Shown here: piece after piece, positions 39,514 to 53,373 of the stretch
How positions within the stretch are numbered: the stretch's first letter is position 1
How the letters are laid out: the number at the start of each line of letters is the position of its first letter
Assembly (NCBI RefSeq): GCF_009914755.1
Contig: NC_060929.1
Reading direction: 5' to 3' (one strand)
Source of the DNA: the human T2T-CHM13v2.0 reference genome, Homo sapiens
Length of the DNA: 64,000 nt
The notes under the pieces: generated by a model
Seen by the model: the letters and a program-made list of their open reading frames with translations, nothing else
What the model was told of the DNA's origin: nothing
The model's database searches: none
Translations under genes and position numbers: made by a program

Positions 39514-40093
39514 TGTGTGCTTTGGTAGTCTATTGCTGCATAAAACTTACTGCAAAACTTAATGATTTAAAATACAAACAATTATTCACTCTAGAGATTG
39601 TAATTTGGCCATTTCAGTTTTTCAAACAATGGAAATTGTAAATTGGGCAGGATTAGGTGTGGTCAGTTTGTCTCTATTCTATATGGTGTCACCTGGAGTG
39701 GTGCAAATAAGGCTGACAGATCCATGTCTAAGCTCACTTACTCAGTGGCAAACAAATTGTTGATGGCTGCCAGCTGGTAGCTCAGTTGGCGCTGCTGTCT
39801 ACAGGCCTTGATTCTTCTTCCTATGGACTTTTCCACGAGGTTGCTTGGGCTTCCTCACAGCACAGGGGCTGGGTTCCAAGAGGAAGAAAGCAGAAACTGC
39901 TAGTTTTGTTAAAGTCTAGGCCCCAAACTGGCACAATAGAATTTCCACTGAATTTAACGGTCAAAGTAGTCCTAGGCCAGCTCATATGCAAGAGGGTGAA
40001 GGAAGGAATAAACTCCACTTGAAAGGAGAGTTGCATGCCTGTATAAAAAAGCAATAAATTAATAGTGGCCATCTTTGCATGTAAATCCCCACA
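39514..40093 (-). mobile_element. MLT1F/G/H-like LTR
   Basis: ctattgctgcataaaacttactgcaaaacttaatg; gcttgggcttcctcacagca; agtggccatcttt..ccaca. Confidence 0.7.
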
Positions 40094-40756
40094 GTGTAAA
40101 CAGAGGATACTAGATGTGAAAGTAGGAATGAGTAATATTAGAAATTTGATCTTTGGTCAATATAGTCTTCAGTATTCATTTCAGAAAAGTGTACAAACTC
40201 CTTCTTTGTTGAATAATCAATTTCTTCATCATAAATGTCAGTTACTAGTGATTATTTGAGATAAATAGAAGGCTGAAGCCCATCACAAAAATCTATCAGT
40301 TACAGAGAAAACAACTAGTTTGAAGAGGGGGAACTTGAAACCATAGTATGACTCTCCACTAATACCTTCTGATATGATAGTGTGCAGGAATGCCTAAGAA
40401 TCTGACTAGCTTTTTGGATTTTCATATTTCTCAATATAACCATAACTAATATTAGGTACATTTTTTGCTACAGATTGAAAAAGAATCTTTAGAAATCAAG
40501 ATATGAAATAGCAATATATGAAACACAAAATAGCTGAGTTTGCAGGATTTTTAACTCAGAATAGAAGAATAAATGCTTGCATGCACAAAAGTAATCAGGT
40601 TTTTGCCAAACTCTTTTACAGAATTTTATCTGAGAGGATGGTTTCTCTCTAGGCAAATCTAAAATGAACATTTTCTGGTGAGGCTCCTGGTCTCAGTGTC
40701 AACTTGGGTATTTCAAGCTTGATATAATGTGGTGAGTGAACTTGAGAGGGTTATCT

Positions 40757-40961
40757 CTGGGTGTCTCAACCTCAGCACTATTAGAATTTTGGGCAGAGAA
40801 ATTCTTTGTTGTAGGGGGCTGTCCTGTGCGTTGTGGGATGCTTAGCAGCATCCCCGGCCTCTACCCACTAAATGTCAATAGATTTAGTGGGCAACGAAAA
40901 CATCTCCAGACATTGTCAAGTGTCCCCTGAGGGTAGAATTGTTTCTGGTTAAGAACCACTG
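40757..40961 (+). mobile_element. MER20 (hAT-Charlie MITE)
   Basis: tctcaacc..ttctttgttgtagggggctgtcctgtgc..agcagcatccccggcctctacccact..ggttaagaaccactg. Confidence 0.9.
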
Positions 40962-41329
40962 GGTTTTAATAAATTTATAACTAAAAAAAGTATTTTTCTC
41001 TGAGGCAAGTTTTTTTTTGTCGCAATAGTGTTCCTCGGTCCTTTCATAGTTGAAGGCATCTTCATGAGATATATTTGCTTTCATTTAAATAGAAAAAGAT
41101 TCTTTCAACTTAAAATTTAAGTTGTTATCTCAGGAAGTAGAAATGGATATGTTAGCTTGTTTTAATGCATTTCCCCTCCAAGACTACTTGTGGATAACCC
41201 CAATAAGTGATGTTTTGATTCAAAAATTTTAAGAAAGAACTTCATAAAATAGGAAACATAAGGCAAGAATTTATGGACCATACTGTTGTAAAGAGCCTTC
41301 ACTATCAGCTGTCATCAGACACATACAAC

Positions 41330-41505
41330 AATAGCACTAAAAGGAGTTTAGATAGCATGTTGTCCAAACCACTTATTTACAAATGAAGAAATTGGGACTT
41401 TAGAGACATTGTTTGACTTGGTTACATCTTCAGAGTTAATCACAGGCAGAAGCAAAATTAGAAACCAAAGCTCCCAATTTTCAGCTCAGTTCTCTTCTTA
41501 CTACC
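41330..41505 (-). mobile_element. MIR fragment
   Basis: tatttacaaatgaagaaattgggactttagag core. Confidence 0.6.
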
Positions 41506-42754
41506 CCGCTTTTCAAGGGAGCCCTCTCTTGTTATCTTCATGACATGGTATTTTTACATAAACATGTGCTGCTGTATTTTTAGATAGAAGCATATAACAC
41601 TGTGGGTGTAAGATTGAGAAATTAGAGGAAGGAATGAGATTGCAAGGAATGCTTATTTTAAGGAAATTCCATGTCTGTGGAGACTGTTATATTGAGGCTT
41701 AATAGTAGTAATGAACACTTGTGTGTATGTATATACATGTGTCTATATTTGTATGTATGTGTGTGTATATATATATATGCTATATCTACTTACAAAACTA
41801 TCTCTTCCTCTGTTCTCCTATCCCAGTAACTGCTTTGACACCAGCAGCATAGTGGAGGTATGATTTACCACCTATTTAAGACACAGTCAAATCTAGTTCC
41901 AAAGTTATTTGCTAGCATAACATTTACACCATAACTTGAATATAGTTTGATGGTTTTCCCAGATAAATTAAGCCTTAGGAGTGAGATGAAAGGAGGGCCA
42001 AACAGCAACCTGTCTTGCAGTGATGAGGAGAAGTGTCCAGAGAAAGGCTCCCTTGGGAAGTCTACAAGCCAGCACTTTCTTCTCCAAAGTTCTGCTGTCT
42101 CTACTTTCTAGATTCCTCCCAAACCTTTCTGTCACTGTGCTGCCCTTTTGCTATCCCTGATGCTAGAAAACTTTATTCTTTGAGTTCATTCAATCCATTT
42201 TGTATTTACTCTTTAAAATTTAGAATACGTCTTTTTTAACTTTTAAAAATATTTAAATAACAAATAAAAATGTGTATTTTCAAAGTGTACAATATGATTT
42301 GATGTATGTGCACATTGTATAATGATTACCATAACAAAATGAAGTTACACATCCATCACCATCCACAGTCACCAGTGTGCATGTGTGTGTGTATGTTGAG
42401 GACATTTAATATATGCTTTCCTATCAAATTTCAAGTAGATAGTATATTATTATAAACTATAGTCACCATACTGTACATTAGATCTTCAGAACTCAAAACT
42501 AAAACTTTGTACGCTCTGCCCAACATCTCCCCATTTACCTTACACTCTAGCCCCTGGCAAACTCCATTCTACTTTCTTGTGTGCGTTTGACCTTTTTAGA
42601 TCCCACACATAAGTGAGATCATACAGGATTTGTTTTTCTGTGTCTGATGTATTTCACTAAGCATATGTCTTCCATGTTCATTTATGTTGTTCTAAATGGC
42701 AGATTTTTCTTCTTTTCTTTAGCTGAATAAGATATCGTTGTCTGTGTGTATATG

Positions 42755-42790
<36 letters not shown>

Positions 42791-42791
<1 letters not shown>

Positions 42792-43285
42792 CAAGGACCT
42801 TGATCAGTACAGGTTTGAACAGCATGGGTACTTAGATGTGGATTTTCTATCCAATATAGGTTTGAACAGCATGGGTACAGTTATATGTGGATTTTCTTCT
42901 GGCTCTGCCATCCGTGAAACAGCAAGACCAACCCCTCTCTTCCTCATCCTCCTCAGCCCACCCCGCTTGAAGACATTGACATTGAAGAATTTTATGATGA
43001 TCCACTTTCACTGGGTGAATAGCAAATATATTTTTTCTTCCTTGTGGTTATCTTAATAATATTTTCTTTGCTCTAGCTTACTTTATTGTAAAAATCCAGT
43101 ACATTTTATATATATATATATATATAAAACATATAAAATATGTTTTAATTGACTGCCTATGTTATCAGTAAGTCAACAGTAGTCTTTTAGTCTTTAAGTT
43201 TTTAGCCAGCCAGAAGTTATACATGGATTTTTGGACTACACAGGAGGTTGGTGTCCCAAACCCTGCATTGTTCAGGAATCAACTG
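42791..43285 (+). mobile_element. Tigger2a (MER28)
   Basis: acagcaagaccaacccctc; 3' TIR ttgttcaggaatcaactg followed by TA; preceded by (CA)n at 42756-42790. Confidence 0.85.
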
Positions 43286-43394
43286 TATATATTCTATATT
43301 TTCTTTATCCACTCATCTTTCACTGAACAATTAGGTTGTTTCCATATTTTAGATATTGTGCATAATGCTGCAATGAACATGGAGTGTAGAGATT

Positions 43395-43723
43395 TTATTT
43401 TTATTTTTAAACATTTAATTTAATTTTAATTTAATTTTATTTTTAAAAGAGATGGAGTATTGTTCCATTACCCAGGTGTGATCCTGGTTCACTGCAGCCT
43501 TGATCTTCTGGGCTCAAGCAATTCTCCCACCTCAGCCTTCTGAGTAGCTGGTACTATAGGTGCGTACCACGACATCCAGCTAATTTTTTGTTTTGTTTGT
43601 TTTTTGTAAAGATGGTGTCTGGCTACGTTGCCTGGCTGGTCTCAAACTCCTGGCCTCAAGCAATCTTCCTGCCTCAGCCTCCCAAAGTGCTGGGATTACA
43701 GGAATGAGCCATCATGCATAGCT
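43395..43723 (-). mobile_element. AluJ
   Basis: T-rich tail, cactgcagccttgatcttctgggctcaagc, cctggcctcaagcaatc. Confidence 0.9.
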
Positions 43724-46700
43724 CAGATTTTTTTGCATGTATGTGTGTGATACTGATTTCATTTTCTTTGGATATAAACCCAAATGTGTGATTGCTGGAT
43801 AGTATAATCTTTTTTTTAATTTTTGATTTTTTGAGGAAACCTTCACATTGTTTTTCATAATGACTATACCAATTTACATTTTGACCAAAAGTGGATAAAG
43901 GATTCCTCACATCCTTGCCAGCACTTGTCATCTCTTGTCTTTTTGGTAATAGATCTCCTAACCAGTGTGAGGTGATAGCCTATGGTGGTTTTGATTTGCT
44001 CTTCCCTGATGATTAGTAATGTTGAGCACCTTTTCACATATCTGTTGGACATTTGTATGCCTTTTTGAAAAAAAAAATATTTGCAGGTCCTTTGCTCATT
44101 TTCTAATCAGATTATTTGTTTTTTGCTGAGTTGTGTGAGTTTCTTACATATCTTGGATATTTACCCCTTATCAGATATATGGTTTACAAATATTTTCTAC
44201 CATTCCATGTTTTATCTTAATTTTGTTTGTTTGCTGTGAAGAAGCTTTGTAGTTTGATGTAGTCAAACTGCCCTGTTTTCTACTACTTCCTTCCTTCTGC
44301 TAACATTGGGCTTACTTTGTTCTTCTTTTTCTAGTTCCTTGGAGTGTGAAGTTAAGTTGTTTATTTGAGATTTTTTTTCTCTTAATGTAGGCATTTATCA
44401 TTATAAACTTCCCTCTTAGAACTACTTCTTTTTGCATATTGTATGTTGTTGTATGTTGTATTTCTATTTTCATTTGCCTCAAGATACTTTTTGATTTTCA
44501 TTCATATTTATTCTTTGATCAATTGGTTTCTCAAGATCTGTTCAGTTTGCATGTATTTGTAAATTTTCCAAAATCTATCCTGTTATTAATTTCTAGTTTT
44601 ATACCATTGTGGTCTGAAAATCTACTTGAGATTATTTCAGTCATCTTAAATTTATGGAGACTTGTTTGTGGCCTAGCATGTGACTTATCCTGGAGGCTGT
44701 TTTGTGTACACTTGAGAAAAAGAAAAGCACTATATTTTGCTTCGTTGGAGGGAATTTCTGTATATATATGTTAGTTCCATTTGTTCTATAGTATTATTCA
44801 AATCTGCTCTTTCATTATTTATTTCTATCTGCATGATCTATCCATTGTTGAAAGTGGGGTATTAAATTCCCCTACTATTATTATATTACCATCTATTTTT
44901 TCTGAATTTTATTATTATTTGCTTTCTATATTTAGGTGTTCCAATGTTGGACATATATTCTTTTAATCAACTAACCCCTTTATCAATATATAGTGACCTT
45001 TCTGGCTTTTGTGATACATCTTGATTGAAAGTCTATTTTGTCTGAAATAACTATAGCTATTTCTGCTCTTGCTTGATTAGTATTTTCATGTAATATCTTT
45101 CATCAGTCCTTCACCATCAGCCTATATATGTCCTTAAGGCTAAATTGTGTCTCAGGTAGGCAGCATATGGTTGGATCTTGTTTTTATTTATCTATGCAGC
45201 CACTCTGTGCCTTTTGATTGAAGAATTTAATTCATTTACACTTAAAGTAATTAATGATAGGCAAGAAGTTACTACTGCCATTTTGTTATTTATTTTCTAA
45301 TTGATTTTTAGTTCCTTTGTTCGTTTCGTATTCTCTTGGTGCCTTCCTTTGTGAATGTTTTTTGAAGTAGTATGCATTGATTCATTTCTCTTTCTCTTTT
45401 TCTTTTTGTTAAATAGACTTTCGAAATGTTGGGAAAAACATTTTTAGAGAGTAATGTAATAGACATTTAATATGGTCTTACATATAAGGAAGAAATGGAA
45501 ACAATTAATACTCCAATATAGTGGAAATATGGTACATCCAACTATGTGGAGTGTATGGGACACTCTACAGCCATGAAAAAAAAAGTCTTCAAAGATGTAA
45601 TTGGTTGAAAAAAATGCTAATTAAAAATGGCATGTACTGATTCCTGTGCATGAGGAAGGGGTTGCAAAGATTATTTTCTATCCTTATAAAAAGAAGTTTT
45701 CACATGGGAGAAGGACATTACTAGGTCATTGGCCATTGTGCTAGAGGGTGGAGTTTTTATTATGGAGAAAGAAAAAGACAATAATTCTGACATTTACAAA
45801 GAAAGCATCCTTTAAATTTCTTTGCTCTTGGAATTCTTGTTTCTCTAAATTTTGTCTTTTAAAAGTACATGAGTATAGGAGTTAGGAGCTAGGAAACAAC
45901 GAAGTCTATTAGTCTAATCCTAAATTAGAGGGACTGACATAGTCCCTTGACGCCTATCAGATATGGTGAAATTCACTGGAGATGGGGTTATACAAAGAGG
46001 CTTAAAGTTAAAGCCTAACTGTAATAACAAGAGCAGATGCTCAATGTTTTGAGAATTTATGGTCCCTGCTGTCTCTCAATCTCATGCATGATATATTTTA
46101 TATAAAAAATTAGTCTACCAAACAGCGTGCATGATACTAATAAAATATATCAAAAATGCAATGGATATAATTCAAAGCATTTATAGTGGTAATTTCTGAT
46201 AGGAGAAAATATAAATAGCTTCTATTTATTTCCTGCATTTTCTATAAGGATTTATTTTTTTATCAGAACAATGACATATATGCAGACTAATACACACAAA
46301 CATACATGCCCACAGAATAAAAAATAAGTGAGGGTGGAGTCTACTTCAAATTATGTGGGTATAAGTTTAGAGGTAAAATCAAAAGCCTTAGCTCAAATAT
46401 GTTAACTGCTTATCCAAAAAAATAGCATGCTTTGATTCTGCTTGAATATTAGTTTAGAACAGTGTTCATGTGGTTGTATAATTTTATATAGAGTGTCCAT
46501 TTCTTTAGAATTTCTGTACAAAGCAAGACTTATTGTTTAGGGTCTGTCCAACATTACACCCTTATTTAAAAAGGTTGCTTGGTTCCTGCTCAAGGATGAG
46601 ATAAGCAGCTCGCTGAACAAAGATAAAGATCTGTTTGCTTGGCTCAGCTCTCTCAGGGCCAGTGATATAGGAACTGGGAGCCAAAATGTCAGGAGAGCCA

Positions 46701-47459
46701 GGATTTCTCCTAGTTTCACACCTTGGTGAAGCCAAATGGGTTATTTTCAGTCTGATTTGGAGGGGCACAGTCACAGGAAGCAATAGACACATACAATGAA
46801 AGCAGATTAGGCTGGCTTATTGTGGGTGACAGAAAATCGTCTCTGTATCACCTCCTTCAGGGCCCGGAGGCATTTGTAGCCAGATCCTTAGTGTGTATGG
46901 CTTTCCATATCTAAATTTCTATCCAGTAATTCCATCCTTTCTCTCTTTACGGAGGGGTCTCGGTTGAGCTACTGTCATAATTCTGCACAAAATCCTAACC
47001 CTTTAGTCTCCAGATGAAAAGCTGAAAATTGAGACAAAGAACAGAAGGAGGGAAATCGAACCTCTTCATGGCTTAACCCTGAAAAATTGTAGTCTATTTC
47101 CAGAAATCTTCTAGTACCACACACTGTTCTGGGTGTTCAGCAACTATTCTTTTGGGTCCTCAGAAATTCTGGGGATTCCAAATCATCTCTAGATCCACAG
47201 TGTTTCGGAGATACCTGGGGAAGCCTGGAGTGCTACGGGCATTGCTCTAAACACTCATATCCCACGCCAACCTCACCAGGAACCTCTGAGGCATCACTAA
47301 CCTGGAGATGGTCTTATTATCTCAGGACCGAGGCTGATGTCATGTTAAAAGTCAGCCCAGGAAGTACAGTTTGTCATCCCATGAGATCTTTAATTTAGTG
47401 ATCATCCATGAATGATTGTGGTGACCTGAATTCTGGAGATGTATATGTGGAAAGCACAA

Positions 47460-48036
47460 TATGGCAGGCAGAATTCTGAGACGGGCCTGGACCCAAGATT
47501 CCTGACTTCTAGTATACATGCCTTGTATAATTGTCTTCCATTAAATATGGGTAGAATCTGTGAATATGATGGAATATCACTCCTACGATGACATTACAAA
47601 TCAGTTGACTTATCTGATTTGGACTGACCTAATAAAGTTAGCCCTTAAAAGGTCATGGTCCCTTCCTGGAGAAAGATTTGAGTGTAAGAATACAGAGGGC
47701 CAAAGCGGGGGGCAGAGGATGGTGGTATGTGGCAAGAAACAAGGAGTAGCCTCTAGTATCTTAGAGAGTCCCCTGTCCAAACAGCAAAACAACAAGGACT
47801 TCAATTCAAGAGTTCCAAGAAACTGTGCACCTTGCAACCAACCAGAGTGAGCATGGAAGAGGGCCCCAGGCATTAAGAGGACACCCCAGACCTAGCTGAC
47901 TCCTTGATTCAAACTGGTGAGCTGCAGATAGCCCACATCCAGACTCCTGACCCATGGAAACAGTGAGATAAATATGTATTGTTTTAAGCTGCTACTTTTG
48001 TGATAGTTTGCTATAGAGTAATAGAAAACTAACACA
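47460..48036 (+). mobile_element. MLT1E-like LTR
   Basis: ggcaggcagaattctgaga..gaatctgtgaatatgatggaatatcactcc..aatagaaaactaacaca. Confidence 0.8.
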
Positions 48037-48120
48037 CACCTCATAATTCATTTAATTTATGACCCCAAAACTATACTAACAATGTCCACAAAAATGATTA
48101 TGCAGCTTCTCCTTATATAC

Positions 48121-48466
48121 TGCTATGGTATCAATGTTTGTGTTCCCTCATCCTCAAATTCCTATATTGAAATTCCAATTCCCAAGGCGACAGTAAGGCT
48201 TAGGTCATGAGGGCAGAACCCTCATGAATGGGATTAGTGCCATCCTAAAAGATCCCAGAGAGCTGCCCTTCCCCTTCCACATGTGAGGGCACAGCTGGAA
48301 GACATAACTGATGAACCAGAAAGCAGGCCTTTACCAGACACCAAATCTGCTAGCACCTTGCTCTTGGACTTCCTAGCCTCCAAAACTGTAATGAATAAAT
48401 TTCTATTATTGATAAGCTACCCAGTTTCTGATATTTTTGTTATAGCAGCCTGAATAGACTAAGACA
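48121..48466 (+). mobile_element. MLT1A-like LTR
   Basis: TGCTATGG start; ccctcatgaatgggattagtgc; ends gcagcctgaatagactaagaca. Confidence 0.9.
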
Positions 48467-48469
48467 AAT

Positions 48470-48900
48470 AGCTTCAATAACAGGGAACTCATTCTCTTTC
48501 AAAGCAACTCATTCAATTGTTGAAATTTTTAATTATCAGGCATTGTGTTTCTTTTCATTCTGAATTGAAATCTGCTCTGTAATTTTTACTTATTGATCTT
48601 AGATCTATATTATGGGTAATGTAAGATGAATTCCCAATCTTCCTCTCATATGTTAGTTTTTCAATGATCTAAAGAGAGCTATCACAATCAACCTAAATCT
48701 AATGTACTTCATTTAAAAATCCAAGCTCCTGACTGATGCTTCCTCATTTGATGCTTTTTATAGCTATTTCACCAGCTTGTGCATTTGAGTTTGTCAGACA
48801 CTCTTAAAACATGGACCTAAAACACTGCCCAAGGTATGGTCTTATAAGTACAGACACTGTGCTTTCATCACCTCTCTTTTCTGAGTGTGTAGCAGCTAAT
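48470..48900 (-). mobile_element. L3/CR1-like fragment
   Basis: aacagggaactcattctctttcaaagcaactcattcaattgttg motif. Confidence 0.4.
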
Positions 48901-48913
48901 GATTGTCAGTATT

Positions 48914-51540
48914 TGTCTTAGGGTAGCTGCCCTGGAAAACAGACCTCAACACATAGTTTCACTTGCAAATAATTCAGTGGGGAGTACTCCCAGGGAGAAC
49001 ATCAGTGAGGTCCTGAGGAAAGCAGAGTGAGGCCAAGGAGGCGTTGAAGTGTAATGCAGGCACAACAGAGCCTCAACCTGTTACACAGGCAGCTCTGGAG
49101 CTCTGATGGCCTTCAAGATTGTCCCAAATTGAAGTATGGGGATTGGACCTTTATATCTCACATCAACTAAAAATCATTGATGAAACTGCTCCCAGAGAGG
49201 AGATATAAACTTGCATGACGTTGACAGCTTTTTCTGAGGTCAATTTTTAATCTTTGAGCCCTTGGCTGGCAATACCCCTGGCAGCAGGGGAAGGAGCATC
49301 TCAGGGGATCTTGGTGGCACCTGATAGCAGTCTGTAAAGTCCATTTATTATGCTCCTAAGATCCATTGCTTCATATAAAACTTCTCTCCCATTAGAGAAA
49401 AAGCTTGTCCAGGGTTCTGGTTGGTTTTCCTTCCTGCAGAAATAAAAAGAAGTTTAGTGGCATGAACCACAGCCTCTTGCCACTAAAGTTCATCTCAGAG
49501 GTGCAATGCATTCTCTTTTCTTTCTCTTGTATTACTCAATTTAGATTCTCCCCACCCTCAGTTAGCCCCCCTTTTGGTCTAGGTGAATTATTTGATAAGG
49601 TGACTCAAACACTCATCACTGAAGGGTTGGAGTCCCTACTCACCTTACTTCTTTCAGGCTTTGTTTGCTGCAGTTGTCTATTTATTGTTGAAAATATGCA
49701 GAAGAGTAGCAAGATATGCCCCAATGAATCACCTGAATTCCCAGGTGTTCTTTCTTACCTTCACTTTGAAAGAACAAACCTACCTTTTCCTTATAATTGG
49801 GGTAAATTATGCCTGAAAGGATGTTAATTCTTCCTTGCTTATTTGTCTCTTGGCACCAAGAACCTGAGGCAATAGAGTGGCAGACATAGCTTAAAGTTTA
49901 ACATGATTCCTTCTGCATCCACTGGTAAAAGTATTTCCTCTTAGGAACCAGTACTTCTATAGACATGAAGCCTAGAATTGTGAAAAAAAAAAAAAAAATT
50001 CTCCAAGTAGGTCACTGGGAATAAAAGTAAGCAGGACCACTGCTTTTATCTCTTTGTTTCACATTCGAGGACATAGCGCCTTCCAGTGGTCGTTCATTTA
50101 GAGCATATACTCTGTTCTGGTGGGTGAGTAGCGGAGCACCATAAGCAAGATTGAACCTCAGCTGTGCCTTCTAAAGGCCATTTGATTTCTCTGTCATGTT
50201 GCTGGTTTCCAAGGGCTGTTATATGTGATAGGATTAGTGGCTTCTATAGCCATATGCCCATTGCCACATATCTATTTCTATAAAGCAGTATCCTTAGGTA
50301 GATGCATGTTGTAAAACATCCTTCTTCAGTGAATTAAAACTCTGTAAATCCTCTGATAAGCTAAACAGATAAGACTCTCTGGGAATACATACCAAGAATA
50401 TATGTCAATTTTGCTCAAGATAAAATGCTGACCCTTTCAACAATTCCACCAGAATGAAAAAGCTTCAATATAATAAACCTGCCAATATTAAGGGCTAGTT
50501 AGGCTCCTCATGGAATGGTACCCTATCAGTGACTCAGCACTGGTCTTTTTTTCTGGCAGGTTGGACATTTGGCAGTGGCAAAAACTAGAATGGCTTTTGT
50601 GAGTAGAGTCCTATGCATAGCCTCCACTCCTGCCACCAAAATGACTGCATGAATGTTAATTGCAGATTGAAATTGATTGATTAAGCAGGTTAAAATCAAC
50701 TGGCTAAGCCACCATGTCAAATTGGTTGGTGGGTCTCTTTCATAGTAGATAAATTCTGGTGGCCATTAATATGCGATCTGAAGATCTTCACCATTTTGCA
50801 TGTTTCTGTTGCTGTATTCACATGCTTCTTTTGAGATTTCCTTGTCACAATCTTTTAATCTTCTGTTTCTCCATCCAGCCCCCAGATTAACAAACTAAGC
50901 TACTCTTCACTTTCAGTGCATTTTTATATATTATTATACCAGGCTACTTCTCTACCTACAGAATGTAAATGACCAAGTTCACTACTTGAAGTTTTGTCTG
51001 TTGAAATTTCCTCTTACTATTGGCTTTCAACACCATATCTGAGTAGGACTATAGTGTAGCTGCAATTCACTTCTGACTTATATCAATGTATTCAACCAAC
51101 TCATCCATGAACAAGTCTTACATAGCTTTTTCCCCTCCATTTGGTTCCTTTGGCAGAGGATTGAGTGAACTGTAGTCATTGGTATATGATATTGCATAGT
51201 CCTTACTGCAGACTGGTCCTCTTCTTTAGAAAATGAATTCTGGGCCCCAGAATGGGCTAACTTCAAGAATCTGAGCAAGGGATCATGACTTTTCATTGAG
51301 GTGACTGCCTTCAACTTTCTAATCTTCCACTTTTCTTTTCTTTTGAATATACAAATTAAATAATACTTGTTGAATACCATATATTTTGCTCCTAGCAACT
51401 CCATGTTCCATACCTTTCTATGGGTCAAGTTATGCTGGTTCCCGCTCTGAGTATGCCACTAATTTAGATAATTGTGTCTAACTTGCTTCTACTGGATAAA
51501 TATCATCTGACCTCTATTACTTAGAGGATTTTTTTAAGTT
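48914..51540 (-). mobile_element. LTR16-like LTR (about 48914-49340) plus old ERVL/HERV16-like pol remnant
   Basis: ccctggaaaacagacc..ggcagctctggagct LTR motifs; ORF 50526..50720 LLTKAILVFATAKCPTCQKKRPVLS resembles the ERVL integrase zinc-finger region. Confidence 0.7.
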
Positions 51541-51639
51541 CCCATTGCTCTCAAGGAGTAACAGCTTTTGTTACAGTCAGCCCTGACCTAAAGAAGAAAG
51601 GCATGACTGAGCTGCTAAATATTCCCATTCCTTATTGTT

Positions 51640-51830
51640 TTTAATAAACAGGATGAATATACTTTGAGATCTATTTTTAAGTATAGGCAAAATTACTTGC
51701 TGATTAATTAGATGTGGGAAATAGGATAAAGAGAGGCAAAATGGATGACTCCTAAATTTTAGGCTCAGGCACGTGGAAAGCTGCAAGAAGAGCAGGCTGG
51801 ATAGAAGGAGCTAGTGGAGGAGCATAGAAA
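51640..51830 (-). mobile_element. L2 fragment
   Basis: acttgctgattaattagatgtggg..ggatgactcctaaatttt. Confidence 0.6.
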
Positions 51831-53373
51831 CTTGTATATATAACATTTATTTTTTGACTTGAAGATAGAACTTTGCACATAACCTACTACATTTCATCAT
51901 TTTATTTTTGTTCTGCCTGGTTGGGCTGGCATATTAGGAAAGTAGTCATCTGCCTTTAATTAAAACTTATATACCAAAGCCTGAGTCAGAATCAAACCAA
52001 TGTCTGGTATGGTAAAACATGCGATAAAGGAGCAAGTTGTTTGCCTGGCACTCTTCCAGTTCTTCCCATTTCTTAACATTCCATAAGGCTCTGCTTCTTG
52101 GGCTGCTGGAAGCAACTGTTTCAGGGGGAGTCATTTTGAGAAGAAGGCAGAGGAAGAAGTGCCACCGTTGACATTGTAAATCATGGATTTTCAAGGAAAT
52201 TAGATAAGACACAACCGTGAGGAGCACACTCAACTGGAAATGGCTCTAATATTATTCAGGGGCTACAAAATCTGACCTTCTTGGCTTAACTCATTAATGG
52301 GGCAGATGATTCTCCTTACTGCACTGCTAAGCTTTCCTGAAAGAATTAACCATCAAATTCACATACTAGCTTGTCAGCAAGCTTTCCTCATACTCTGACT
52401 GTGGGGGAGACTGAGCCAGATGCCTCATTAAGAGTCTGGCTTTAAGACAGAGCAGATTATGTTGGAGAACCAGAAATGGTTACACCATTTTACAAATGGA
52501 ATAATGAGGGGGTGAGGGGAAGTTTTTGTTGTTCTTGTCGTTAAATTCATATTGAAAAATGTCAGCAAGCCTGGAAAAGAGGGAGGGGTGCTTGCCAATT
52601 TGGGGAACAATTAAAGGGAAATCTGCCCTGTGACAGAAAGATATCGCAAAAAGATTGACTCTGGCAGCACCTGTACCCATTGGCATGCTGATAAAATTAT
52701 TGCAATCGGATTGAAAATAGATCCTACAGGTGGAGGTGGTTTTTAATGGTCCAGCTCTCCACCTCTAAAAATGTTCATTTGAGCCCACTTATAAAACATT
52801 ACACAGGAAAGACCCTTTGCTGAAACCCTTTGCAGCCTCCATCAACCGTCCCTCAAACAAATGTTGACAACTCCCTCAAATTACCAGCTTCCATTCAAAA
52901 TATACCAATTAAAAATATATTTTTTTATTTATATTCATTTATTATTTTTGCATGCAAAGCTCTCTTTTAGGGGGCTGGAGATTTGGATCTCAGACTCTCT
53001 GACAACTGAGTCTTTTCACACTTGGCAGTTTCTTACATTATATGATGATACTTTTAATTCAGAAAAATTTTAAATGGAAATTATCCAAAGCAGTCAAACT
53101 CACATGTTTAAGTAGCCTGACATGGTTAGTATAAAAGAGCCATTCTCAGAGGACAAAGATCTAAATTAATTCATACATTGGGAAGAAGAACTACAGATAG
53201 CAGCTAAATATTAGGAGTTGGGCAGTTAAAATTGGAAGAAAGCTTTTCTCATTTCATGCAGTGCTATTTACTTTACATGTATTTTACAAGTCCTGTATTA
53301 AATAATTATAGAGCAACTGAGAAGCAGTCAGGTCAAGAAATATATTATTAAAAAGGGTTTATACCTTTGAAGG

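Larger units (their letters stand above)
42235..45410 (-). mobile_element. L1MA7-9-like element, internally deleted (junction near 44270), interrupted by (CA)n, Tigger2a and AluJ
   Basis: L1MA 3' UTR; ORF2 C-terminal remnant (KRCSTLLIIREEQIKTTIGYHLT); EN-region sequence 44280-45290 with ttactactgccatttt ORF2 start. Confidence 0.85.

Noticed and set aside
52728-52764. Hairpin as a possible pre-miRNA
   Set aside because: Only about 37 nt with an 8-bp perfect stem; too short
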